NCBI GenBank assembly: GCA_965649765.1
Contig: OZ287752.1
Location: forward strand, 43,214,001-43,278,000
Direction of reading: 5' to 3'
DNA: 64,000 nt
DNA from: Bispira polyomma
Lineage: Eukaryota
The position numbers were made by a program, and so were the translations under genes. Positions 25,671 to 39,523 of the stretch are shown here, one piece after another; within the stretch, counting starts at the first letter, position 1, and every line of letters begins with the position of its first letter. A model generated the notes under the pieces. It had not been told where the DNA came from. It saw only the letters and a program-made list of their open reading frames with translations, and did not search any database.

Positions 25671-28600
25671 GCAGAAAATCTTGAAGGACGGTCCTATTCT
25701 GATTTACTTTAACCCAGTAGAGGCTGTTTTTTAAATACATTCGTTTACACCCACCAGGGTACAGCAAATATTTGTCAGTTATAGATCTCAGACTTTGTTG
25801 CTGTGACATGATGGCTGTAGTGTGATGCAGGGATACATAATACATGCTAGCCTAAACCTTTCACTTATGCAAAGTTATTAAGGTTTCTCACTGATGTATG
25901 TATGTGTTAAACCTTTGTTCTAAGTAATTCAGACGCACAATTGACTTGTATAAATATTGTGTTATAGAGTTGGTTGTATTAAACCTATATATTTAAGAGG
26001 TTATACATGTAAATGAGTAGCAGTGACATAGTAGAGAGTTCCCATCAATCATCAGTTGTCAGCTCAGGCCTTTCTAACACGTCAATACACAATTCAGTCT
26101 TATGCCTGCCCCTTCCCCCGTTGTATTAGCACTAGATCTCGGCTAGCTGTAAGCCACATCTACCTCTTGTTAGAACCAAGTCCAACTCCTCACTTTAACC
26201 TCAGCATGAAGGTTTGTTGATAGGAGCAAGTATCCCTAACTATCTTTTAACCTGTGAACTATGGGTCAGAAAGAAGGAGTGGAGTTGGCGTGTGTGTGTG
26301 TGTGGGTAAAAACCTCCCCAATGCAGGGTTGGGCATAAAACGTCTACTTTTGATGTTGCAGCACAGAACTGAGAGCAGTAATTTGGAAGTTCACATTTGT
26401 AATATCTCTAAAACCGATGCATCTCCAGTGAGTTGTGAGATTATGGTTACCTTAGTACAAGTGACCTCTTGTCCAGACCAGTGTTTGGACAAAATTAAGT
26501 ATATCAAATCCCACACACACCTGATGTAGAAGTAGCTGGTATCTCTGTCACATTGCCATCTCCTCGCACTATGTACAATATATTTAGACCTTTTTCTTGA
26601 GCTGCCTAGTTTCCAGACGTTCTAGTTTTAGATGCTTTGTGAGAATAGCTAAATATAGAACACGAGTTGGTTCATTAGAAGGGGAGAATGATGTATGATG
26701 TTACGTCATGTGCACACTGCTGTTTTGTTCTGACACCTCCTAGCACCAGGCATCTATTCTCACTACTGTTAGTAAAGGTCACCTCAGCAGCCAGTCGACT
26801 CACTGTCCCAACATACATACACAACAAACACACACATACATACAGCCTCCCCAGCCCATACAACTTTGGCTGATCAGCAGTCCATCAATATCAGTTCAAC
26901 CTTCTGTACTTGATACCTTTCCAATTGTCCAGTATTCAAACCACTGTGGTTATGGACAGTCAAACATCACTTGCTGGTGTCAATAGTTTTAGTGACATTT
27001 ACAATAAGCTAGGCTCTTTCTTGAAAAATAGTTCAACCTCTGCTAACAAACCCAATCAAATGCCTGTCCTACCGTTATAATATTGACGAACAAGGTTCTT
27101 TTTACATTTAGATTTTGTTTTGCTTTTAGATCACTGTTTGTATTCTTTATATATACCTCCCCTATATAGAGGTTTGTATATGAAACTTTTTCGTCTGTAT
27201 TTCCATTTTTTTAATTTCATTTCTGTTTTGTTGTTTTTGTGCAGAAGTAGTTCCATATTGTTAACCTTAACCTCAATTTATGGCCCTTGCTTTCATCATT
27301 TTTCAAGTTAAAAAAATCCCTACGATGCGTTCCTTCCTCTGCCGACTCCCAAACTATGCTTGTTTATGTTTTCAGTTATCACTGCAAAGTGAGGTTCTGT
27401 TTGCCTTTTCCAAAAGATGTACTTTGTTTGTTTGTGTTATGTTTACAGCATGATATTTTATGGATGTATTTCTGGTTGTACTAGTTTAGGCCAGTTCTTG
27501 TATTTTGCTACAGGGATTTAAGTAAAGCAATATACAATAAAATGAGAGAATGTGTTTTAGTTCACTCGTGTAGACTGACGTAAGTAAGACCCTATAAGAT
27601 AGACAAAGAATTAGTATAGAAGTGGAAAGTGTCAGCACTAATAAATTCATTTTCAATAAAATATAAATTTGTTTTAATCTTTTAACTAAAACCATTCTTT
27701 GCATTACCCATGAACACTAAAAGAACAAAAGGAACAAACCAGGTTGATATTTTTTTAATTGTAGATCATTGGGCAATGTCAACCTTTAGCTCCACTTGTA
27801 ACAGTTGTAACAGTTGTATGCATTTAAAATCTTGGTTGTTTTAACAGTTTTCAAGGTCAGCAGTATTAATTAGTATGCCCCAATTAGGAACATCGGTATA
27901 GAATCGGTATAGTTGTTCCAACAATAGCAGACTCTTAGGTCAACACTGTGATGTATATTGCACAGCTATGAAGCAATCCGTGTGGTAAATTGGTAATTCA
28001 GGTGGTATGAAATACTATATTCGAACTGCAGTGTAGACAAGGACATACATATAAAGACTCAACTCAACGACTGATATAATCTCAAAGCTGTAAAAATAAC
28101 CAGGCTGTAGCAGTGGCCATCTTTTATGCAGTAATATTTTTTATATATTTCATGTAAAATTAGTAAGAATCCAATAATTATATTCAAAGCCGCTATATTC
28201 AGATACTATTAGCCAATTAAGCGCCGGAGGGGTTTTGGTGAAAAGGCTGTAGAAATGTTGAGTGTTTACATTCTGTGCACGTCTTACTGTTAAATCATAT
28301 GGACGAATCACAGGGGAGTGATGAAAACAGGAGAGTTCAGGCCTTGAGTACAGTCCAAAACGGTGTTTTATAAAGTAACAAGGCCACAATGGGACTTCAG
28401 AGACACAGATGGTATCACTCAAATACTGATGTTTTGTCTCATTGAACCTTAAACTATATTGATTTCCTAAACCTGGGTGTTTGACTAAAACACAATGGTT
28501 AAATAACATCCAAAGTCACACCTACTTCTTTATTAAAACAGTTGTATTCTAGAATACATGCTAGGCATGTTTAATAATAAGTGTCAGTTAAATAGCAAAT

Positions 28601-29462
28601 ATCACAGTCATACCCGATGTTATTAAAGCCACTTTTATGTATTCAACCATTAATGTTATTCTAGATGTAGCTAATTTTTTACACCTCTTTGAAGACAAGT
28701 TTACTGGGTATCAAGTAATGTAATTAAGCCATATTCTGTTTCTTATTTCTATTGTCACCATGCAAACTTGTAGATTACATGTCCACAAGGCCAACTGGTT
28801 GAGAAGCTGACATATTGCACAGAACTAGGTCACATTGAACAATAAGGTCCTAAACTTTGGTACAGTATATTAAACAATTGATAATGGTTTACTGTACAAG
28901 ACGTTGGACATTTTAAAATATAAATTATGTGCATTTAACAGAACTCATGTACCACGGATGTTGAATACATAATCACTAACACATATAGTTTATTAGTTAC
29001 ATATTGTTTATCCAGGTTACCAGTAGCGTAGTTGTCGGGACATCTATCCCAGTGACCTTTCTAGGTCCTGAAGTGATTTAGAAGTAAAAACAAATAAACA
29101 TTCAAAATATGGTATGTAAACGAAACAGTAATTGTTGTCAGTACTACACTGGGTGACATGAAGGACAATTTGTGACAAACGAAGGTTGTAGTTAGGGGTT
29201 GGTCTAGTGATCTAAAGGTCCCCGGTGTGAGTCATCAGTGAGATATCACAATGAGCCAGATGACTACTGATGACCACCCAGGCTGTGTGACCTTTAGAGA
29301 AGGAGCACCTTAGAGGATGATATATTAATATGGTGCTATATCCATACTTCAATAATAATAACACACAGCACATCTGGACAATCTCTGTCAAATCTAACAT
29401 CACTGAAGTATTGTTAAATCAAAACACAGTTGCTGGGTGAGAAGGTGGTGTGGTGAGGATCG

Positions 29463-29807
29463 TGAAGACCAGAGTCTAATACTGGACAAATCAGGTGGTA
29501 AGGATATGAAGACTGGAGTGTAATAGTGGACAAATCAGGTGGTAAGGATATGAAGACCAGAGTGTAATACTGGACAGGGCAGGTAGTAAGGATATGAAGA
29601 CCAGAGTCTAATACTGGACAGGGCAGGTAGTAAGGATATGAAGACCAGAGTCTAATACTGGACAGGGCAGGTGGTAAGGATATGAAGACCAGAGTCTAAT
29701 AATGGACAGAGCAGGTAATATGGATATGAAGACCAGAGTGTAATAGTGGACAGAGCAGGTAGTAAGGATATGAAGACCAGAGTGTAATAATGGACAGAGC
29801 AGGTAAT
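29463..29807. repeat. 44-bp minisatellite, about 8 copies
   Basis: GAAGACCAGAGTSTAATACTGGACAGGGCAGGTAGTAAGGATAT; period 44 (29581 and 29625). Confidence 0.95.
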
Positions 29808-30253
29808 ACTTTATCTGACATTGGGGTTACAGCTATCTTTTGTCTTCTTACTTTTACTTTATCTGACATTGGGGTTACAGCTGTCTATTTTCTTCTTACT
29901 TTTACTTTATCTGACATTGGGGTTATAGCTGTCTATTTTCTTCTTACTTTCACTTTAACTGACACTTGGGTTATAGCTGTCTATTGTCTTCTTACTTTCA
30001 CTTTATCTGACACTGGGGTTATAGCTGTCTATTGTCTTCTTACTTTCACTTTATATGACATTGAGGTTATAGCTGTCTATTGTCTATATACTTTCACCTT
30101 ATCTGACACTGGAGTTATAGCTATCTATTGTCTTCTTACTTTCACTTTATATTACATTAGGGTTATAGCTGTCTATTGTCTTCTTAGTTTCACTTTATAT
30201 GATATTAGGGTTATAGCTGTCTATTATCTTTTTACTTTCACTTTATCTGACTT
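29808..30253. repeat. 48-bp minisatellite, about 9 copies
   Basis: ACTTTATCTGACAYTGGGGTTATAGCTGTCTATTGTCTTCTTACTTTC; period 48 (29808 and 29856). It produces the 16-aa-repeat ORF at 29790-30323. Confidence 0.95.
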
Positions 30254-31364
30254 CTTACAAATACCCAATAAAGTCGCATACAGTGACAGGTCTGACATAT
30301 TTACGCTGGCATACAACAGTTGATCGTATCAAACGTCCCAATGAATAGGTATGTTGTATTAAACTTTGTCTGTGACACACCAAAACAGAAAACAAAAACA
30401 ATTTGGCATATTATTACACCCAGTGTGTGTGCACAATCAGTAATGAATTCTACAAATGACCTCTTTTTTTATAAAGCTTTTTTTCTGGTCTTTGTATCAA
30501 ATTTTTAAGTGGATTTACTAAATATAGAGTCTGGTTTGGCAGTGCGTTTAAACATTTCTAGCACATGCCCGGGATTATCCGAAACAAGGAAAAGTGTAGA
30601 GTGTTAAGGATTTAGAGTGAGAAGTACTTAATTAAGCATGAGTGTAGTGACATGTGTCTTTGTCCTGGCTCGTTTCAGCTGTTACAAACACTGCCCTGAC
30701 CCTTTACTCCCTCTGTTTCGTCCGTATGATTGGATTGGACTTCTCTAGGACTCCTGATCAGGTAAGCCTCTGACAAGGTGGGAAGAGGTCTCATAGGGTG
30801 AAAAGTGGGATCCTTGCTAATCCCCACACACACTAGAGTCATGTAACACTGAGGTGACAGGTCCAGTTACAACAGATCTACAGGAGAACCTACACACATT
30901 GTTAGCTAGGATACAAAGGGCAGTGTGTTCTGGATATACTGGACATGTATATATGTGTCTACACTTTTATATAAAATACAGGCACACTGGTAAGCACTTC
31001 AAACTATTCATATTCTTAATCATAATCACCTACACGCTTATATACATTCCACAAAGAAGGGGGTGTCTCTGAGGCTTGTTTGGGCCCTATAAAGTACACA
31101 GAATAGTTTTTATTATTGGTTAAATAAAACATTGTTTCAATAATTCCAAGATGCTATAAGCGTCAAATTCGTAAATTCCTAATTCTTAGTAATGCTTGGA
31201 ATACTTTTAATTTTCATTCTAATTATTTTGATTATTAAAATATTTTTTATTAAATTGATACTCGAAATCCAGTTTTCTGTATTTTATAACGCCAAAAACA
31301 GACCTTAGAGCCCTTCTTTAATTCAAATCCATGATACAAGAAACTGTTTTGCTTGTGCCAGGTA

Positions 31365-31617
31365 GGGGCCGCAGTGGCCTAGTGGTTAGTAAGCATTGTG
31401 CTTCACAATCACTGGTCTCTCACCTCTGGGCGGCGTGAGTTCGAATCCCGTCGATGCCTATGTGGGAAAGGTGGTAGTTCCTTACTGTGGGCCGCTGGTT
31501 TCTCTGCAGAACCTTGACCGACTGTATGCAGTGTTTCCTCCAGCGTTTCCAACTACCCGTCCCAATATAACCTACTAAAAGGTACTAGAGTGGATGTTAA
31601 ATATCCAAATTCAAGTC
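31365..31617 (+). mobile_element. Full-length tRNA-derived SINE with 13-bp target-site duplication
   Basis: Starts GGGGCC. A-box TGGCCTAGTGG at 31375-31385 and B-box GTTCGAATCC at 31439-31448. TSD TGCTTGTGCCAGG at 31350-31362 and 31618-31630. Confidence 0.92.
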
Positions 31618-31736
31618 TGCTTGTGCCAGGCTTAGCAGTCTTCTCATTCATCACATTCAAAGGTATGGCGAGTACATGAGTTCTATGATCTCAAAAAGTG
31701 GGGAGACTGCACTGCGTCTGGGACTATACTGCTGCC

Positions 31737-32190
31737 TGTGGGCTGGGGGTAAAGTGACATGTGTCTGCAACCCTGTATACTGTGAGTTACACATGTACTA
31801 ACTAACTACTAAGTACTGTACACCTCCATGTCACTGATGGGCTGGGGGTACAGTGTCTACAGTAACCCTGTATACTGCGAGTTACACATGTACTAACTAC
31901 TAAATACTGTACACCTCCATGACACTGGTGGGCTGGGGGTACAGTGTCTACAACCCTGTATACTGTGGGTTACACATGTACTAACTGCTGAGTACTGTAC
32001 ACCTCCATCACACTGGTTGGCTGGGGGTACAGTGTCTACAACCCTGTATACTGTGGGTTACACATGTACTAACTACTAAGTACTGTACACCTCCATGACA
32101 CTGGTGGGCTGGGGGTACAGTGTCTACAGCCCTGTATACTGTGGGTTACACATGTACTAACTGCTGAGTACTTACACCTCCATGACACTG
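31737..32190. repeat. Tandem repeat of about 88 bp, 5 copies
   Basis: GGCTGGGGGTA..CCCTGTATACTG..GTTACACATGTACTAACT..ACACCTCCAT repeats at about 88-98-bp spacing. Confidence 0.95.
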
Positions 32191-33924
32191 TTATACTTCA
32201 TGGACGTTCATGTCGCCACCTATTTAGAAGAGTCTCGCTGGCCATGCCTGCAAACAACACTCCCCAAGAGCCATGGTTTGTTTGGAGCTTTTAATTTAGA
32301 GACTCAGTCTTTGGGGTATTGTTGACACGGTCAATGTTTTGATTTACCTCAGAGGAATCCAATATATTTACACATGATATTCCGAGCTTTTGTTGTGTTT
32401 CACAAAGACAACTCTCACCTCATTATAAGGGGGAGTTTCACAAACCGAATTTCTTTGGTGGTTCAGTTTTCACCAGTGACAATATCTGATACATTGGGGA
32501 GTTTGTGTGACGACTACTGATGGTCACAGATTGGTGTTACACACCAACCATTGGGTACCGTTGGGATACGGGTACATTATAACTGTAAATTAAAATCATT
32601 CATCAGCAACTTTGCCCTACATATACATTATATATTAGTCTTACATCTTGAGTACGCATGCGCAGACACCGGTTAGTAGATAGCCCACCTAAACTCGCTC
32701 CCCCAAGTCTTGTTTGCTCAAACAACTTAAGTGGCTTATTTCACTCGACCCATTATTATTTGTACAAGAAAATGTTCACAAACCAATGGGTGTAATTTAT
32801 ACATATATATGAAAGTTATAATAGAACTTGGCAGTTATTAAATCAATAAGTGCCCCTTTGTGTCCAACATGAGATGATATACTGGTCTGTTTCCCGCCTC
32901 TGAGGAAAGGGGAGAACCCCATATATTGCCTTGATTACCAACCGTGTACTAACTTATAAAAAAGGTTGTATAAATATTTGGTAGACTAGCTAGTGTGCGT
33001 GCGCAAATACATTCATGTGTAACAGATTGTTCCCTACACTTAAGAAAGGCCTTTTCTTCCTGAATAATATCAACATTGACAAATTTTAAAAAAAATAAAT
33101 GAAAAAGGCTGTTTGAATTGGTTTGTAAACAAGAGTTAAACAAACGTTTAGTATTGTTCAGTGGGTTTGGGACAGTAAGATATTGTACGCATTGAGAAGA
33201 TATATGTTTGTTGTGCAGTTGTGTGAATATAGTTAGCAGTGAAATGATACCATTGATGTATTTGTGCAGAAGTACACACACAGGCCATGCTGTACACGTC
33301 TGGTTAGTCTCACATATACTTTATACAGTACTGTGTCAGTTGTACATCTAATAGAAGTGAGGAGTACTGCTTACATGTAGGCTTGATAAGAGTGTGGACT
33401 TAAGATGGAGACATCTTCCTGCTGTCAAGGTTTGGTTGTATTTGAAGAGCACTTCTTCAAGGACGTATGAAAGTTTAGAGGGGACATAGTGTATATAGTG
33501 TGTGTATGGGGATTAGGTTTTGTACAGAACAATGACAAACTCGTCAAAGTAGGGAATACACCTCTCATACCAAACTACAGGGTCTGATCAACTATCGTGA
33601 GTACTTTGGTTTCTTTTACCAACTGCATGTTTTATATATAGTGTGACATTATGTGGCAATTCATTCATGTATATTAACATAGTTGTAATGAGTACTTAAA
33701 ATACTTGACAATTTACACATGTCTCTAAGAAATACCAGGTATTTTGACAGAATTCTAGCTTACCTTTAAGTTAATATACACTATATCATTCAATAACTGT
33801 ACAGGTTAGGGAAGGTGTGTTTTAAGGTCCTGGTGACATTATCCCTGGTTGTTACTGCTTAACGGATCTGATATTGTTTGTGACAAGACAGTAGTGTAGA
33901 CAGTTCGGACAGTCTAAGTACACC

Positions 33925-34690
33925 ACAGAGAATGACGTCATGAGAGGTTCCCCTCACCCAGAGGTATTCACAATGAGCGAGAACGGCTTTGTAGGGGCGT
34001 ACGTCACTTATGAGGATTAGGGGTCCGAACGACGAGAATTTAATCTGCGGATTACTAAATTAATCCTCGCTGAGCAATCTCTAATCATGGCAGAGTACTT
34101 GGATTTCAAAGATGGCGGCAACTAAATGTTGTCATTAGTTATTTATTAGACATTAAAAAAGAAGAGGAAGTTAATTAAAAGACTACTAATTGAGTGGGGA
34201 CGTTGTATAAATTATATTTGTGAATGTTTTTTTTTTACGAATTGCTATTTTTTAATGCTTTTATGTCTTATTTCTTTATAAATTGACGAACCCTATAATT
34301 ATCAACATTTACTTCCTCTTTACTTAATCCTCGAATTTAATCTAATTTGTTTGGCTTCACAACACAGATTAAACGGTATGCGCATGATTTCTCCGAGGAT
34401 TAATAGATTCCGAAGCCGATTTCACTTAATTAGACCCTCCTACATCCCAGAGAATTACGTCATCTGAGGTCCCACCACCCAGAGGTATTCCCCATTAGAT
34501 ACCCCCCTGTACACCCTTAGAGAGGGGTGATTACAGGACATGTTCTCACTGTACCAGAGAGATTCTGAATTAGACCCTCCTAAACCCCAGATAATGACAT
34601 CATGAGAGGTCTCCCACACACAGGGGAATCCCCCCTCTGTGCACCCCAGGACTTGTTCTCACTGTACCCACAGGGATTCCCTATCAGACG
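33925..34690. repeat. Tandem repeat of about 140 bp (3 partial copies) split by the MITE
   Basis: GAGAATGACGTCATGAGAGG..CACCCAGAGGTATTC near 33928, 34450 and 34590. AATTAGACCCTCCTA at 34428 and 34568. Confidence 0.8.
33975..34427. mobile_element. MITE-like insertion with imperfect TIRs
   Basis: Left end AGCGAGAACGGCTTTGTA versus reverse complement of the right end AGTGAAATCGGCTTCGGA (13/18). Internal GAGGATTA/TAATCCTCG motifs in both orientations. It interrupts a local ~140-bp repeat. Confidence 0.55.
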
Positions 34691-36099
34691 ATTCTCACCC
34701 TCCACACACAGATGTCAGATTACCTGTGAGTGGTATGTCAGAGCAATCTCCCTCAGTCAGAATACAGGAACAGCCCAGTAACACTTCCCTAACGGCGACA
34801 CATTTCCCCTGTAAGGAAATGGGAACTTGACCAGACATGAATACAAGAAACTCTAAACTGGCTTTGTCTTCATAATTACAACACAAAAGTGTATGTGCCC
34901 AATTCTTTCATGTAATGATGTGGGGGTAATTTTTTGTGTACATTTGTTAGATGTAACCATATAGTAACAAGTAATAAGTCAGATGTAATAATCTAGTAAC
35001 AATTTGATGTGGTCAACACTGTAGTTACAAGAAAGTATGTAGACTTATTTAATATTGTTCTGCAATATTGAAACCATAACTAGATGTAATTTTACGATTA
35101 TGCACATTTATTACATATTTTAATAAGAGTGTTAGCACACCTATGCAATACTCCTGTATGTATAGTGTATCAGAGCCAGGTGCTATACGTATGGCTGTTC
35201 CCAGGATGTTTTGGCAGCAGCTTTACCTATTGTTAGTTGTATATCAGCAAGTTTGTGACAGTTACATGTGCTAGATAAAGATGTAAAATGTTATACTGTA
35301 AGCCATTGATTTTACCTGGTTTGTAATACAACAATACAGTCTAAGTAAAAGCATGTGATTGTTACCACTTCATACTAACACCACCAGATTATAGATGATC
35401 TCATCATTAAACTCCAATGACGTCAGACAAGTAGCAGTACTTGTTTTTCAGTACACAATCCTACTAGTCATTTGTCACTCTCCACTTATTTTATGTGTTA
35501 CATTCTCCTAGTTTTGTCCACTGATAACGACAAGTCTTCTTCACTACCTCAAGTTTGATTAAAACACTTAAACTTCTAATAACTTCAGTTTGGTGTGACA
35601 AAAGAAGACCTCGCTGTGCTCTGTAAATAATATTACCTCTTTGCCTGAGCATTTCTATAGAGAGAAAAAATATAACTTCATGACTTAGAAGAAAAAGTAG
35701 TGTAATAGAAAAGCCTATACTTATGACATGATCTTGTAACAACAAAATAACTGAAATGTTGCATATAAAAGAGACCAACACCCTTCGTGTCGTGTCCTAT
35801 CCTCATTACATATAAAGTTGTTTATTGCTGAGGCAACACTCTGAGAGCTCAGATTTAGTACATGCTGCAGTGGGCACAGTAAGGTCATGCTAGAAATCCT
35901 TAAAGGTGGTGTAGATTTAACATTGGGGTGATCCTGTGCACCCTAACACACTGACCTTTACACTGAGGAAAGCCATACTGACTGACCCTTTCTAAAAAGT
36001 ACGTAAGTAGATTCCTACATCAAGTCTTTTGACCGAGAAGTATATTTAAGGAAGGCCTTAGCCTGGCGAGAGGCTGTTGTCTGTAAACTGGTGGTCTGA

Positions 36100-36297
36100 A
36101 AGGAGTTAGGAGTAGGCATGGAGATAACTCAATAGGATGTGGATGTTAGATACAGGAGGTGTTAGCAAGAGGAGACTAAGAGACGTAGGAGTAGGAGTAG
36201 CTAGGAGTAAGCATGTAGATAGCTCTATGGGATGTGGATGTTAGATACAGGAGGTGTTACCAAGAGGAGACTGAGAGATGTAGGAACAGGAAGCAAC
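36100..36297. repeat. 95-bp direct duplication, purine-rich
   Basis: GATGTGGATGTTAGATACAGGAGGTGTTA at 36136 and 36231. Confidence 0.9.
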
Positions 36298-39200
36298 AGG
36301 CGAGAACAACCAAATAGGGCTCAAATGAAAGTTCTGGTTTCAGTTACGAAATTATACTCAAACTAATGTTTCCACCAGTTATATCAGTCATAGATATGCA
36401 ATTCGTAAAGAGATATATTTTGTTAAGTTTGTTTACAGTTGATGGCTAGTGGTGATTGCTGTTCATATTACCAAGGAACATTAGTAGTGCATAAAAAGGA
36501 GGACGCCTTGTGAGACATTTTGTGTGTAAGGGACACTGGGTGATTTAGTGGAGGGCTTTAGAGCTGTAAAGTGTTACTAGTGTGACAGTCACCAGTACTA
36601 GTGACACTCAGCCTTGAGGCTCTGAGGACACCAAACAGGAATATATCACCCCCGAACCAGCCTCGGCTTAACTCTCAATAGATTTTATGGATTCAGTATC
36701 CAATAAACGATGATAAGCTACTTTGTTGATTTGAAGTTAATGGAATAATGATTTCCATGAGATAAGGAGCACAGCATTGTACCAAGTTAACTTTGGGGGA
36801 TTGTTACCATGGATTGTAAAAAAAGAAAACCTTTGAACGTTTAGACAAATCCTGGTATCATTTCTATTAGTGAAATAAACAGTTAGCTCAACAATTCTCT
36901 AAAAACACAGAACATTAGAAAGTGATAAAGTGTTACCCAAATATTAATAAATATAAAAAGGTTGTCTCCAATAAATCGAAAAAAAAATATTGTTCTGAAA
37001 AGCAATGATAACGCAAACGATTCGATTGCAAAGAGCAACAGTTTGTGAGGTGGCAATTTAATTGTACACAACGGTTTGAGGTTATAATACAAACAGTTAT
37101 ACATGTCTATTGTTAAATACCTTCAGATGTAACATAAAATCAACACAGACGTACAGTAAACATCACAGGATGGTTCATAGCATTCATACTTGTGTTTTTT
37201 AGACAAAGGGAAACAAACAGTATAATACATGTACATGGTTGAACCAATGTGATATCTTGGTATTCAGTACATATTTTTTTTACAATTGAGCCTCTCTTTT
37301 TATTTTTTAAACAATGAACTTAGGCCTAACCACATTGTAGTAAGATACACATTGCTTGAGTTAAAAGATAAATAAAGTCAAGCTTGTTTACACATACAAA
37401 TAATCAGCCCTATTACACCCCAGTGTTGTACAGGAGAGTTTGTTAACCTTAGTACATGTGTTTTGTAACTTAAACCCCATTCTTGTGTGGAATAGATACT
37501 GTGAATAAGTCACTTTGTTAGATATACGTCTTTATAGAAAGACTGAACACACTTAATTATACACACTATTATATGAAGAAGGTGTATTTCGTGTTGCACT
37601 GGCATACAATGCCCTGTTCAAACAAGTGGAAACCTATGAAGAGTGGGGGTATGGCTGACTCCATCTATCCCTAGGTTTTGTTCTGTGACCCACTAGATGT
37701 AGGTATTTATGTGTGTTATGAATGGGTGACAGTGTTTGTACACACTACCAGAGTCTCACAGAATGACAAGTGTGTGTCATTGATAATGGGGGTGGAGACA
37801 TAGCAAACAGTCCCTGATATCTGTGTGAACATACCTCGGGCTCTCCATCTTGTGCCCCCTTTAACATCTACACTCTTCTCACCAGAAACCCGACTCAAAT
37901 TGTCCTCTGTTGAGATATATGTATAAATTACAGTATATCAGATGTTATACCAGTAGTTAAATATATAACTGATTTTAAAGCCAATACAGAGGAGGTCATC
38001 AGAAGGTTCTGAGGGGTTTTTCAGTGACATCACCAGACCATACATTGTGTGGCAGAGTGTTGGACTTTCTTGGGAAAACGGAAACAATAGCTGTAAACAG
38101 CTTGTTGTGCAAACAGTCTACTAATAAAAACATGATCATTAATAATATAGGAACAGAATATCGTCACCACACTGGTTTTTCCCTATGTGCCTTTTTCTCT
38201 TATTACATGATATACTGTAACACACATCGTGTGGGAACTGGTGGACTTTTTACGCGTACATGACATATGTCTGTGTTCATTGAACTCAAAAGTGTACACA
38301 CAGCACACACACTGGTACATTGATGTGTGTGATGAGAGTGCTCTGTACAAAACTGAAATGGAATATATACTGACAAACTTAGAGAGTCAATAGATATGAA
38401 AGTACTCAACTCAAGGCAAGTACCAGAACTTTGTTAGTTTCTGTAATAGTATCCCACAATCGTATATTATAATCGTATACCGTATAGTATGTAATTGTAT
38501 ACAGTGTACAAAAATGGGTTTATAAACTCAGTTGTATTCAGAATACTATGGGTGATATAATATTGTAACACTTGTACACAATAATGTGTGTGATTGCTGA
38601 TGGTGTAGCAGTTCCTAAGACATCCTGTTAATGTTGATAGAAGTCAGACCCCTCGGTAAATGAGGCATCTGGTTGCTACCATTGAGAGCCTGTCCCAGAC
38701 GCCAGTGTTTTAGTACTCTGCACCATGCTAGAACGGGAGTGAAGTTGACCTAGATGTTACGCAGTACAGAATTCCACGACCCACTTGCACTACACTGGGG
38801 TGGTTACATCCACCTGAAGTGCATGTTTGGAGCTGAAGTTGTCCTGTAAACAGGCCACTTCCTTCTGTCTAACCTACCTATTATAGTACAATAGTTTCTA
38901 GACCAGAATACCCACTGTACAATAATGTGGGACACAGGCCGACCGGTATATACTGACACACTCTGTGTGTGTGCTGGGGGGGAGGGGGGGGGGCATCATC
39001 ACATCTCACAGGAGCTCTCTGGTACTTGACCATGGTACATCCATTTTATCAGGACTGTTGAGAAAGCTGTTAGGAAACAAGGACTAATTGTCATCTCGTA
39101 ATAATTCCCCTGGAAACCTCTCCAGTATTGTGCTTTGAAACTTGTTTGACGCAGAAAATCTGCTAAATACTTATGTTTAGGTCCAAGCATTAATAGTTAG

Positions 39201-39523
39201 AACACTCCACTTATTAGTAGGATATAAGGGGATCTTTCTTACATCGGTAAATCAAAATAGCAGATGCACAAAAAAAAAATTGTATTTTTCTGTATATAAG
39301 TAACAAAGAAACAACGTACCTTTTACGTGGTAACTCACGGTATGGAGAAGAAAGCTGATGGCCTAAGATTCTGATTTATAGCAGTTGTCAGGACTACAAA
39401 GGTTAAGTATGATCTACAGTATGCTAGTATATTGGTGCCTCTAACAAATCGACATTGTATATTAAATCAGGATATGATGAGTGATGGGTAAACTTAGCTG
39501 TTCAGTTCATACTAATCACTGAT

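Noticed and set aside
26950-27200. LINE endonuclease remnant (CLYSLYIPP)
   Set aside because: Only one short motif; other APE motifs were not found.
28347-28490. Tc1/pogo-type MITE starting TACAGTCCAAA
   Set aside because: The matching right TIR is too degenerate to support.
31365-31452. tRNA gene
   Set aside because: A- and B-boxes are present, but the acceptor stem does not close, and the SINE body and TSD explain it.
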